A stretch of 64,000 nt of DNA, from contig OZ245033.1 of the NCBI GenBank assembly GCA_965224025.1, positions 1,184,001 through 1,248,000 on the forward strand, in the 5' to 3' direction. This DNA comes from Candidatus Multivorans sp. GTDB lineage: Bacteria; Acidobacteriota; Thermoanaerobaculia; Multivoradales; Multivoraceae. The position numbers and the translations under genes were made by a program. Below, in pieces: positions 10,304-22,052 of the stretch (position 1 is the stretch's first letter; every line of letters begins with the position of its first letter). The notes under the pieces are model-generated. The model made no database searches, had not been told where the DNA came from, and was given only the letters and a program-made list of their open reading frames with translations.

Positions 10304-11236
10304 ATGGACACCCGGCGCCGATTCCTGCCTGCCGCGATCGCCGCCGCTTTGTATCTGGCGGTGTTCGCGGCGTGCGACAAGACGAACCCGGTGGCGCCGT
10401 CGGGCACGCTGATCACGATCAGCGCGAATCCGGACCGCATTCCGTCCGACGGCAGTTCCGAAATCCGGGTCGTGGCGCTGCGGCCGAACGGCACGCCGGT
10501 CAGTTCCGGCACCCTGGTGCGGCTCGCGACCACGCTGGGCTCGATTCCGCCCAGTGTTCCCGTCGACGATCGTGGCGAGGCGCTGGCGATGCTCGAAGCG
10601 AATGGCCAGTTCGGCGCTGCCACGATTTCGGCCAGCACGGGCGGCTCGGAGACGGCGACGGTGGTGGTCCAGGTCGGTCTTTCGCCGGCTTCAGTCACCG
10701 TGCAGGTGACGCCGAACAGCGTGCCCGAGACGGGCGGAGAGGCAGATCTGCTGACCATCGTTCGCGACGACCGGGGCCAGCCGCTCGAGAAGGCCGAGGT
10801 CAACTTCCGCACCCAGATCGGCACGCTCGAATCGGGCGGCGGATTGATCTCTACCGGCGCCGACGGCACCGCGTCGGACCGGCTGATCGTCACCTCGGGC
10901 GATCTCGACACCGTGACGGGCGACAGCTTCGAGGTCGGCGTAGATGTCGGCAGCGGCGGCGGCCAGTTGGTGACGACGAACGTGAGCGTCAGCATTCAGC
11001 GGCTGCCGCGGGCCGACTTCACCTTCAGCACCCGCAATCTGCTGGTCGCGTTCGAGGACACGACCGACGGACGCACGACGAGTTGGTTGTGGATCTTCGG
11101 CGACGACAACACGAGCACGCGGCAGAACCCGACCCATACCTACGCCGCGACGGGCACCTACGCGGTCACCTTCCGGGCCACCAACTCGCTCGGCTCCGAC
11201 GAGGTGACGAAGTTCGTCCAGGTCACGGGCCAGTAG
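10304..11236 (+). CDS. Lipoprotein with two Ig-like repeats + PKD domain
   Basis: Lipobox FAAC, WIFGDD..STRQNPTHTY...GTYAVT; paralog of the upstream gene. Confidence 0.85.
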   Translation: MDTRRRFLPAAIAAALYLAVFAACDKTNPVAPSGTLITISANPDRIPSDGSSEIRVVALRPNGTPVSSGTLVRLATTLGSIPPSVPVDDRGEALAMLEANGQFGAATISASTGGSETATVVVQVGLSPASVTVQVTPNSVPETGGEADLLTIVRDDRGQPLEKAEVNFRTQIGTLESGGGLISTGADGTASDRLIVTSGDLDTVTGDSFEVGVDVGSGGGQLVTTNVSVSIQRLPRADFTFSTRNLLVAFEDTTDGRTTSWLWIFGDDNTSTRQNPTHTYAATGTYAVTFRATNSLGSDEVTKFVQVTGQ

Positions 11237-11248
11237 CCGCGGCCGGCG

Positions 11249-11509
11249 ATGGCAGCCGAAGGGAGCCCAGGGGCTGCTCACTCGCCGACGCCGACAGTCA
11301 CGCTGGGCAAGTTGTACCTGGCCCAGGGACACCGGCGCGAGGCCGCGGAGATCTTCGAACAGGTCCTCAGGGCCGACCCGGGCAACCGCCGGGCGCGCGA
11401 TGGGCTGGAAAGCCTGCGCGGGAAGGTGAAGCCCCGTAGCCGCGGGTCCGTAGCCGCGGGTCTTCTGACCCGCGGGAAACAAGCGCCGCCGCGAAGCGGC
11501 GACTGGTAA
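11249..11509 (+). CDS. Small tetratricopeptide-repeat protein
   Basis: TVTLGKLYLAQGHRREAAEIFEQVLRADPGN single TPR; tail is encoded by a REP. Confidence 0.65.
   Translation: MAAEGSPGAAHSPTPTVTLGKLYLAQGHRREAAEIFEQVLRADPGNRRARDGLESLRGKVKPRSRGSVAAGLLTRGKQAPPRSGDW
11435..11503 (+). repeat. REP-like element with GTAG head (head duplicated in tandem)
   Basis: CGTAGCCGCGGGTC twice, CCGCGGGTC-TTCT-GACCCGCGG hairpin, CCGC-GAA-GCGG hairpin. Confidence 0.7.
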
Positions 11510-11537
11510 CCGCCCGTAGCGGATACACTCCGCCGTT

Positions 11538-12011
<474 letters not shown>

Positions 12012-12049
12012 GCACAGGCCCGAGATAGCCCCGGGCCCCAGGATGCTCG

Positions 12050-13465
12050 TTGCGGTTCGGACTGTCAGCCGTCTGGCGGCGCATGTTGGGAGTTGAGCGA
12101 CGCGTGCCGGCACCCATCGGTGGCTCCGCGCAGCCGTTCCGCAAGATCCTGGTCGCCAACCGGGGCGAGATCGCGGTGCGGATCATCCGGGCCTGCCGGG
12201 ACCTCGACATCGCGACCGTCGCGGTGTTCAGCACCGCGGACCGCGACACCCTGCACGTGCGGCTGGCCGACGAGGCGGTCTGCGTGGGGCCTCCGGCGCC
12301 GGCCGGGAGCTACCTGCACAAGCGCAATCTGCTTTCGGCAGCACTCATCACCAGCGCGGAGGCGGTCCATCCAGGCTACGGATTCCTGGCCGAGAACGCA
12401 GGCTTCGCCGCCGCCGTAGAGCAGTGCGGCCTGACCTGGATCGGGCCGTCGCCGTCGTCCATCCGCACGCTGGGCGACAAGAGCCGAGGTCGGGAAGCCG
12501 CGGTCGCGGCCGATGTGCCCGTGCTCGAGGGCGGTCCGCTGCCGGAGTCGTCCGCGGAGGCGGCGGCGTTTGCCGACGGGATCGGCTACCCGCTGATGCT
12601 GAAGGCCGCCGCGGGCGGTGGCGGCCGCGGCATGCGGGCCGTCCAAGACCGCGCCAGGCTTGAGAGCGCTATCGAGTCGGCGGCGAGCGAGGCCCGCGCC
12701 GCCTTCGGCAGCGGCGAACTCATCGTTGAGCGCCTGGTCGAACGCCCGCGCCACATCGAGGTCCAGGTGTTCGGCGACTCGTTCGGCCGCACGGTGCAGC
12801 TTGGCGAGCGCGACTGCTCAATTCAGCGCCGGCACCAGAAGCTGGTGGAGGAGGCGCCGGCGCCAAGGGTAGGGACCGACCTGCGGCGGTCGCTGGCCGC
12901 CGCCGCAGTGCGGCTGGCGAAGCGGGTCGGCTACGCGAACGCGGGTACGGTCGAGTTCCTGGTGGAGGGCGACCGCTTCTACTTCCTGGAGATGAACACG
13001 CGCATCCAGGTCGAACATCCGGTGACCGAGTCGGTGACCGGCGTCGACCTGGTCAAGCTGCAGATCCTGGCCGCCGCCGGCGAGCCGCTGGGGTTGGCCG
13101 ACGGCACGCCGACGAGCGGCCACGCGATCGAATGCCGGATCAACGCGGAGGATCCGGAGACCTTCGCGCCCTCGCCGGGCACGCTCCGCCGCTACCGCCC
13201 TCCGGCCGGCCCGGGGATCCGGGTCGACAGCCACGGATTCGAGGGCGCGTCGATGCCGCCGCACTACGATTCGCTGGTGGCCAAGGTGATCGCCCACGGC
13301 GCGAACCGGGAGGAGGCGATCTCGAGGATGACCCGCGCCCTGATGGAGTTCGACATCGACGGAGTCCGCACCACGCTGCCGCTGATGCGGCGGCTCGTCG
13401 GCTCGCGGGCATTCGCCGACGCCGCGCTCGATGCCGGGTTCCTGGCGCGGCTGGACGGAGAATGA
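12050..13465 (+). CDS. accC: Biotin carboxylase
   Basis: KILVANRGEIA, HPGYGFLAEN, RDCSIQRRHQK, EMNTRIQVEH; exact start uncertain. Confidence 0.93.
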   Translation: MRFGLSAVWRRMLGVERRVPAPIGGSAQPFRKILVANRGEIAVRIIRACRDLDIATVAVFSTADRDTLHVRLADEAVCVGPPAPAGSYLHKRNLLSAALITSAEAVHPGYGFLAENAGFAAAVEQCGLTWIGPSPSSIRTLGDKSRGREAAVAADVPVLEGGPLPESSAEAAAFADGIGYPLMLKAAAGGGGRGMRAVQDRARLESAIESAASEARAAFGSGELIVERLVERPRHIEVQVFGDSFGRTVQLGERDCSIQRRHQKLVEEAPAPRVGTDLRRSLAAAAVRLAKRVGYANAGTVEFLVEGDRFYFLEMNTRIQVEHPVTESVTGVDLVKLQILAAAGEPLGLADGTPTSGHAIECRINAEDPETFAPSPGTLRRYRPPAGPGIRVDSHGFEGASMPPHYDSLVAKVIAHGANREEAISRMTRALMEFDIDGVRTTLPLMRRLVGSRAFADAALDAGFLARLDGE

Positions 13466-14235
13466 GCGCCGGTCGGGCTGGTGGGACCGCGGGGGGGCGC
13501 ACGCCGGTTCCTGGGAACGCGGGCGTCTCGCCCGCATCGGCCGCAGGCCGGTCTCCGGTTCCGCTCCGGCCACCCGCGAACCGCCTCTACGCGATCGTCG
13601 ACACGGGGCTCGTCGGCCCCGAGCCGGAGGCCGTGACCTCCACCGTGCGGACGCTGCTCGACTGCGGAGTGCTCTGGATTCAGCTTCGCGCCAAGAGTTT
13701 GCCCGACCTTCAGGCGTGGCGTTTGGCCGAGGCTGTGGCCCGGGTCGTCGAGGCGGCGACATCGGGCGGCGGCTCCGCTCCCGACGCCGCCCTGTTCTGG
13801 ATCAACGACCGGCCCGGCATCGCCGCCGCGCTGCCGGCGACCAAGGGCCCGCGTGTCGGCCTCCATCTCGGCCAGGACGACCTGCCGCCGTCCGTGGCGC
13901 GTTCTTCGCTGCCGGACGACCGGTACATCGGCCGCTCCACGCACAGCCGCGAACAGGCCGTCGAGGCCGACCGCGACCCGGCCGTCGACGCGGTGGCCAT
14001 CGGCCCCGCCTTCGGAACCACCACGAAGGACCGGCCGGACCCGGTCGTCGGCCTCGCCGGCGTAGCCGCCGCGCGCGCGGTCACCGCCAAACCCCTGATC
14101 GCGATCGGCGGCATCGACGCTGAGCGTGCCCCGCGCGTGATCGAAGCCGGCGCCGACGCGGTGGCCGTCGTCTCGGCCCTCGACTCTGGGGATCTGGGGG
14201 CCTCGTGTGGCCGCCTGCTGCGGGCGCTGGCCTGA
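13462..14235 (+). CDS. thiE: Thiamine-phosphate synthase
   Basis: LYAIVD, IQLRAK, INDR, HLGQDD, GRSTH, AIGGI; ATGA overlap with accC stop. Confidence 0.9.
   Translation: MSAGRAGGTAGGRTPVPGNAGVSPASAAGRSPVPLRPPANRLYAIVDTGLVGPEPEAVTSTVRTLLDCGVLWIQLRAKSLPDLQAWRLAEAVARVVEAATSGGGSAPDAALFWINDRPGIAAALPATKGPRVGLHLGQDDLPPSVARSSLPDDRYIGRSTHSREQAVEADRDPAVDAVAIGPAFGTTTKDRPDPVVGLAGVAAARAVTAKPLIAIGGIDAERAPRVIEAGADAVAVVSALDSGDLGASCGRLLRALA
13511..13550 (+). repeat. REP-like palindrome inside thiE 5' region
   Basis: TGGGAAC-GCGGGCG-TCT-CGCCCGC, then CGGCC-GCA-GGCCG. Confidence 0.6.
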
Positions 14236-14254
14236 AGGCTCCGCTGGGCCGTCG

Positions 14255-14371
14255 TCAGCTGTCTTGATGGCGCGATCGCTCGCTTCTGAGCGCCCGCACG
14301 AGGAACACCGTGAAGCCACCCCATACGAAGCCGCAGATCAGAATCAGGACGAGGATGGCAAGTGGCGACAT
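14255..14371 (-). CDS. Small membrane protein, MetS-like (NSS transporter small subunit family)
   Basis: 38 aa MSPLAILVLILICGFVWGGFTVFLVRALRSERSRHQDS; not in ORF track; TM helix with WGG motif and basic tail. Confidence 0.6.
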   Translation of the reverse strand: MSPLAILVLILICGFVWGGFTVFLVRALRSERSRHQDS

Positions 14372-14423
14372 CGACTGAACTCGTCGGTCGACTATATGCC
14401 ACGGGTTCCAGGATCTCGTCGCA

Positions 14424-14435
14424 AAGTGTACACTT
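14424..14435. promoter_or_regulatory. Palindromic operator of the TA operon
   Basis: Perfect palindrome AAGTGTACACTT about 30 bp upstream of the antitoxin ATG. Confidence 0.55.
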
Positions 14436-14465
14436 CAAAGGCGACACTTGGTATGGGAGAAGACG

Positions 14466-14720
14466 ATGGAGATCACTGCAAAGGGCTTGAGGAGTCGGGT
14501 AGGCGAGGTCCTCAGGTGCGTGGAGCGCGGAGAAACGGTGACCATCACCTATCGGGGCCGGCCCAGAGCAAGGCTCGTGGCCATCGAAGAGGACTCAGCC
14601 TCGGCGCCGGACGAGAAGACGTTGTCGCCTGCCTTCGGCATATGGAAGGACCGCACCGACATGGCCGATGTCGCAGCTCATGTCAGGCGGCTGCGGGAAG
14701 GCCGCTTCCGTGCTGGTTGA
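14466..14720 (+). CDS. Phd/YefM-family antitoxin
   Basis: MEITAKGLR..VGEVLRCVERGETVTITYRGRPRARLV. Confidence 0.88.
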   Translation: MEITAKGLRSRVGEVLRCVERGETVTITYRGRPRARLVAIEEDSASAPDEKTLSPAFGIWKDRTDMADVAAHVRRLREGRFRAG

Positions 14721-15099
14721 TACGGATGTCCTCATCTGGTTCCTTCGAGGGCGGGAGTCAGCGGTGAAAGCGATCGTGGCTGGTTCGTCGGTCGAGCTTT
14801 CGGCCGTTACCTACATGGAGCTCGTGCAGGGTGTTCGGAGCAAGGAGGAACTTCGCTCGCTGCGACTGACGATTCAGCGGAACGGGTGGCGAATCCTGCC
14901 CTTGACCGAGAACATCGGTCAGCGGGCCACGGTCTACGTCGAGAACTATGCGCTCTCCGACGGAATGCGGCTCGCAGACGCCCTGATCGCGGCTTCGGCC
15001 GTCGAGTCCGGAGCCGTGCTCCTGACCGGGAACGAGCGTCACTATCGTTGCGTGCCGGGCCTGACGCTCGACCGCTACCAGCCGGTCGAAACGGGCTGA
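14710..15099 (+). CDS. vapC: VapC PIN-domain toxin
   Basis: LVDTDVLIW, ELVQG, DALIAASA, TGNERHY; overlaps antitoxin end. Confidence 0.9.
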   Translation: MLVDTDVLIWFLRGRESAVKAIVAGSSVELSAVTYMELVQGVRSKEELRSLRLTIQRNGWRILPLTENIGQRATVYVENYALSDGMRLADALIAASAVESGAVLLTGNERHYRCVPGLTLDRYQPVETG

Positions 15100-15109
15100 G
15101 GGGTCTGCA

Positions 15110-15619
15110 ATGCGCGTCTTCCTCGTCGGCTTCATGGCGGCCGGCAAAAGCAGGATCGGCCGGCGGCTGGCACGTTCCCTCGGTTGGCCTTTCCGGGATC
15201 TCGACTCGGACATCGCTGCGCATGAGGGGCAGCCAGTGGCCGATCTGATCGTCGAGCGTGGTGAGGCCTACTTCCGGGAACGCGAGACGGCGGCGCTCGA
15301 ACGCTGCGCCGCACTCGACCGGGCGGTGATCGCCACCGGCGGCGGCGTCTTTACCCTGGAGCGGAACCGCCGGCTGATCGCGGACCTCGGCACCAGCGTT
15401 TGGCTCGACCCGCCCTGGGAGGCTCTGTGCCGCCGCGCGCAGCAGTCCCACAAGCGCCGCCCGTTGTTCGAAACCCCGGACCAGGCCCGGGCCCTGTACG
15501 AGAGTCGCCTCGACTCGTACCGCCAGGCGGACGTGAGGATCAGGACCCGGGGATCCGAACGCAAGCGGGACGTCGCGACCGAGGTGGTCCGGAGACTGGG
15601 CCTGCCGTCAGAGGGCTGA
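15110..15619 (+). CDS. aroK: Shikimate kinase
   Basis: LVGFMAAGKS, GEAYFRERE, VIATGGG, RPL. Confidence 0.93.
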   Translation: MRVFLVGFMAAGKSRIGRRLARSLGWPFRDLDSDIAAHEGQPVADLIVERGEAYFRERETAALERCAALDRAVIATGGGVFTLERNRRLIADLGTSVWLDPPWEALCRRAQQSHKRRPLFETPDQARALYESRLDSYRQADVRIRTRGSERKRDVATEVVRRLGLPSEG

Positions 15620-17054
15620 TTGCCACTTAGCGAGACCGCGCTCGATCGCCTCGTCCAACCACTTGCGGAAGCGGGGTTCGATGTCTGAGACCTTTTCTTT
15701 GTAGTTGATCCGGAAGACATCGGCGCAGAGCGGTCTCTCTCCAGTCGATTCCAGTCTGTCGTCGTCGCCCTGCAGGTGCTCAAACCAGGTTGCGGAACAG
15801 GCCAGGACGCCTCGGAAGTCGTGGCCAATCGAGTGAAACGAGATCAGCACATTGGCTGGTGTTCCCTTCTTGGCGGCTTCGTTGATGCCCAGGCGTACCC
15901 AGGCCCGGTGCTGGTCCGTGTTCGCGAAGTAGTCGAGTTCCTTGGCTGTCGAGATGACTTGGCGCCTGAACCAGTGACTTCGGTCGCCTTGGTCGTCCTC
16001 ACTGTGTACGAAGAACTCGAACTCGGGGCTAGCTGACAACTCCTCTTCCAGTTCCGCGCGAACCTCCAGCATCCGCTCGCCCGCTAGTTCAAGGAGCTTC
16101 CGAGCGCTGGCGACAGCGTCATTCCATTCGCGGGCGAGTTCTTTGCGGTGATGGGCCAGTTTCCTGCCGATGCCCCGGATGCGGAGGTCGACTCTGGCTT
16201 CTCTCTCGATCTCTCGAGCAAGGCTGATCGCGTTGAGAAACTCTCTCTTCTGGAGAGCCGAAAAGAAACTGACGAGTGGTCGCAGGTCGCCGCTATCTGC
16301 GACCTCCAGAGCCTGAATGTAGTCACCGCGTTTGGCATCGCGGACGACCAGGGGCAGCCACCCGGCCTGGATGAACACGAGGGTAGCCAAGGCCCGCGCT
16401 ACTCGCCCGTTTCCGTCCTGGAAAGGGTGGATCTGCGCGAAGCGGTGGTGAAGCCAGACGGCTTCGACCTCGGGAGGGGTGTCCTTGTGGTTCCGGTGCA
16501 GTTCCAGAAGTCGGTCCATTTCTGCCGCGACATGCTCAGGCGGGCAGTACTCGTGGATCGTCCCGTCGTCTCTGGTCGGGTTGTTCGGTCGGTTCTTGTA
16601 GGCGCCTTTTTAGGGGCTATCTGCGTTCTTCGTCCGAACTGGTCACGCCCTTTCGCGAACTCCTGATTGCGGGTGAACAAGGCGTGGAGCTCCTTGACGT
16701 AGCTGCTGGATAGGAGTCGGTCTCCTTTGACGAACGCGAACAGGCTCTCTATGGTGTTCTTCTGGTCGCCGAGCATGGCGACCTTCTCCTCACCCAGGCC
16801 AGCGCGATGCGGAATCAGAGCCGCGTCGATGCCCCGCTCTATCAGGAGTTCCGTCACGCCGCGATCCAGGTCGTAAAGGCGTTCAATCAATCCGGTTTCG
16901 ATGGCCCACTCGCGCTTGAGCCGTTCCGTGAGCTGGTCGAGGCCTTCAAGGCCCGACTTCTGTTCTGACCATACGGCGGACAAAGCCCCCAACTCAGGAT
17001 CTGCAAGTTCCTTGGGGTCGACCTCGTAGTCGCTGATGGGGTCTGATGCGCCAT
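15608..17054 (-). pseudogene. Fic-domain protein, two frameshifts
   Basis: HPFQDGNGRVAR in 15608-16519; N-part in 16399-16992; RBS-preceded ATG at 17054 is out of frame. Confidence 0.8.
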
Positions 17055-17133
17055 GGTGTATCTCCTCGAAGACGAAGAAGCGATACTAGCCGTGTACTGG
17101 TCAGCCTGGCACTGGGCGGTCCGACGCCGTCCA

Positions 17134-17308
17134 GCCCGCAGGGGGTCCGGGGGGAGGGTCCCAGGTGGCTGTCGGCAAGCGACGGCCGACGCCCCTTCGC
17201 CAACCGGTGCCCAACCGGAGCGCAGCCGACCGCAGCGAGCGCCAACCCTTCTTTTCACCAAACAAGCGCGAGCGGCACCTGGGACCCTCCCCCGGGACCC
17301 CTGCGGGC
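17134..17308. mobile_element. MITE-like element with ~33-bp terminal inverted repeats
   Basis: GCCCGCAGGGGGTCCGGGGGGAGGGTCCCAGGTG (17134-17167) vs near-perfect inverse at 17276-17308; no ORF. Confidence 0.65.
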
Positions 17309-17327
17309 GGGTGCGCGCCAACGACGC

Positions 17328-18254
17328 CTACATCGGCGTGTTGATGATTTCCTGGAAGGTCTTGCCTTCGCGGGCCATGGCGGTGACCTGCTGGAGGCGG
17401 GGGCTGGTGCGGGCTTCGTTGGCGTTTTGCCAGGTGGCGATCGCGCCGTCGCGGTCGCCGAGCTGGAGGAGGAGCAGGCCTCGCATCAGCGCTGCCTGTT
17501 CGTGGCCGGGGTCGCTCTTGAGCGACCGGCCCAGTGAATCCATGGCGACGTCGGGCTGGCCCATCGAGAGACGGACGACGCCGGAGACGTAGTGGCCGTC
17601 GGGATCGTCCGGGTCGATCTCCAGGATGCGCTGGGCCTGCTGGAAGGCGTCGAAGATGCGGCCGTTGGACAGCAGGAGTTGGGTCAGGGCGCGGTGCAGG
17701 TCGATGTTCGTGGGATAGGCCTCGATCTGCCGCCGCAGTTCCTCGGCCTGGCGGGCCATTTCGGGGCCGAGCGGGGCCTGGCCGCGGAAGTCGGCGCCGC
17801 CGCCGGCCTGTTGCTCGGCCATCTGCTGGGCTTCGGGATCGGGCCGGGCGTCGGACTGGGCCCAGATCACGAGGGCGGCGACCAGGCCGACCACGCCGCC
17901 GCCGAGCAGCACGCCGGAGAGCAGGGGGTGGGCCTGGACGAAGGCCCCGCCGGCCGGTTGCGTCGCCCTTGGTTTGGCGCCGCGCTGCGGGGCGATCCCG
18001 GCGATGGCCTCCTCGACCTCGTCGAGCTCCTTCAGCACCCGGGCCGCGGAAACCTGGAGCCGGCGGCGGTCCGCCGCTTCGAGACCGGCCTGCTTCAGCC
18101 GGGCGAGCAGATCGTCGCGCCGGCTCAGGAGGTCCGTGCGCTGGAGCTTGAGCGCGGCCGCGCGCGTCGCGGCTTCCCGGGGCAGGAACGCGAACCCGAC
18201 TCCCAGGCCGGCGAGGACGGCGGCTGCCAGTGCGACCGTCGCGACGAGAGTCAG
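17328..18254 (-). CDS. TPR membrane protein, CcmI/CycH-like
   Basis: Two TM segments plus C-terminal TPRs, last gene of ccm operon; frame extends to CTG at 18254. Confidence 0.7.
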   Translation of the reverse strand: MTLVATVALAAAVLAGLGVGFAFLPREAATRAAALKLQRTDLLSRRDDLLARLKQAGLEAADRRRLQVSAARVLKELDEVEEAIAGIAPQRGAKPRATQPAGGAFVQAHPLLSGVLLGGGVVGLVAALVIWAQSDARPDPEAQQMAEQQAGGGADFRGQAPLGPEMARQAEELRRQIEAYPTNIDLHRALTQLLLSNGRIFDAFQQAQRILEIDPDDPDGHYVSGVVRLSMGQPDVAMDSLGRSLKSDPGHEQAALMRGLLLLQLGDRDGAIATWQNANEARTSPRLQQVTAMAREGKTFQEIINTPM

Positions 18255-18841
18255 GTCGCTGTCTCCTGCTCCACCCGTTGCAGGTAGGCGTCAAGAGCTT
18301 CGTCGCCGCTCCGTCGCCGTTGGCGGATTCGGTGGGCGACCAGGAGGGCGCCGAGCAGGACGATGGCGGCGGGCGCCCCCCAGACGAGCAGATTGAGCCC
18401 CCGGGCGCGCGGCTCGAGCAGGACGAACTCACCGTAGCGCTGCTCGAAGTAGCCGACGACCTGTTCCCGGGTGTAGCCGGCCGCGAGCAGCGACCGTGCT
18501 TCCTCGCGCATCGCCTGCGCCGACTGGGCGCCGGAATCGGCGATCGACAGAGCCTGGCACTTCGGGCAGCGGATCTCGGCCGCGACGCCGGCGACGGCCT
18601 GGTCCAGTTCGGCGCCGGAGAGCGGTCGGCCCAGGGGATCGCCCAACTCGTGGGACATCTCGACGCCCAACCCCGGTCGACGTTCTCCTTCCGCCGACGG
18701 CAGCCGGAGGTCCGGCTGCGTAGCCGGCGGCTGGGCCGAAGTCGGTGCGGTGGCCGGGAGCGCGGCCACGAGCGCCAGGAGGGCGGTCTCCCGGATCCAC
18801 CGACGGTTGTCCGTTCGGAGCCTCGATCCGGGGCGCCGCAT
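18251..18841 (-). CDS. ccmH: Cytochrome c-type biogenesis protein CcmH
   Basis: IRCPKCQALSIADS, RYGEFVLLEP. Confidence 0.92.
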   Translation of the reverse strand: MRRPGSRLRTDNRRWIRETALLALVAALPATAPTSAQPPATQPDLRLPSAEGERRPGLGVEMSHELGDPLGRPLSGAELDQAVAGVAAEIRCPKCQALSIADSGAQSAQAMREEARSLLAAGYTREQVVGYFEQRYGEFVLLEPRARGLNLLVWGAPAAIVLLGALLVAHRIRQRRRSGDEALDAYLQRVEQETAT

Positions 18842-18842
18842 A

Positions 18843-19375
18843 TCAACCGGTCGCTTCGGCCGGCTGCGCGAGCAGGCGGTTGGCGACGTCGAGGAGATGG
18901 TCAGGCGACACCGCGCCGCTGACCTTGTCCAGGATCACACCGTCGCGGTCGATGAAGAACGTCTCGGGCGCCGCGTAGACGCCGTAGGCGATAGCAACCC
19001 GTCCACCTTCGTCGATCAATGCCGGTCCCCAGCCACCGTAGTCCGCCACGAAACGTCGGATCGGCTGAGGTTCGTCTTGGTAGATGACACCGAGGAAGTG
19101 GATTTGGCCCTGCCAGCGCCGTGAGCCTTCCATGAACAGCGGGTGCTCGGCCCAGCAAGGCACGCAGTAGGAGGCCCAGAAGTTGACGATGACCGGTTCG
19201 CCGCGCAGCTCCTCCAGGGCGACGACGTTGCCGTCCAGGTCGACGAGCCGGAAGTTCGGCGCCGGCTTGCCGATGAGCGGCGACTCGACGATGCTCGGGT
19301 CGTGCCGGAAGGCGTAGCCCAGCAAGACGAGAAGCGGCAGGGCGATGCCGAGGCCGACGAGGAGGACCTTGCGGT

Positions 19376-19379
<4 letters not shown>
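18843..19379 (-). CDS. ccmG: Thiol:disulfide oxidoreductase CcmG/DsbE
   Basis: NFWASYCVPC, YGVYAAPETFFID. Confidence 0.9.
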
Positions 19380-21372
<1,993 letters not shown>

Positions 21373-21376
<4 letters not shown>

Positions 21377-21861
21377 GTGTCGAACTGCATGGACTCGATC
21401 AACTCCTCCATGCCGCGCTGGTCATCCACGTCGGGGGCCTGGTACTCGTTGTCGTGCTTCACCAGGAGGCGCGAGGTCTCGAACTCGCCGTCTTTCCCCA
21501 GCGTCCCCTCGAGCACGACGCCGATGCCCTCCCGGAACATGGCCGGCGGCACGGCGGTGGTGCGGACGTCTATCTGCGATGTGCCGTCGGTGACCGTGAA
21601 CTCGAGGGTCAGGCCGTCCTCGCTCCGGTTCACCGAGCCCTTCTCGACCAGGCCGCCGAGCCGGATGCTGGCGCCGACCGCCTCGGGGCCCGCTTCGTGG
21701 ACTTCCGAAGGACTCCAGTAGTAGACCAGGTTCTCGCCGACGTCGCCGAAGACCAGAACGGAGAGGGCGATGGCCACGGCGCCGCCCGCGGCCAGCAGCA
21801 GAAGACGCCGGTTGCCGCGGTCAGCCGTTCCGCTGGTGGGGGTCGTGGGTTCCGTGCTCAT
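21373..21861 (-). CDS. ccmE: Heme chaperone CcmE
   Basis: RLGGLV, PAMFREG, LVKHDNEY (HxxxY). Confidence 0.93.
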
Positions 21862-22003
21862 CGCTCTGTTCCTGCGCCGGTGCGTTGCCAAGGGTCCGTC
21901 GCCGGCGGGCGAACAGACTGAAGGTGTAGAGGGCCAGGGCGGCGCCCGCCAAACCATAGGCGGCAGCGACCCATCCCCAACCGCCGACTATAGCGCCGTC
22001 CAC
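21821..22003 (-). CDS. ccmD: CcmD-like small membrane protein
   Basis: GGWGWVAAAYGL TM helix plus basic tail, AAAGGAG RBS, immediately before ccmE. Confidence 0.6.
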   Translation of the reverse strand: MDGAIVGGWGWVAAAYGLAGAALALYTFSLFARRRRTLGNAPAQEQSDEHGTHDPHQRNG

Positions 22004-22052
22004 CTTCGACTTGCTCCTTTGCGTGACGGGAACCCGGGCTGCGGGCGGGCCG

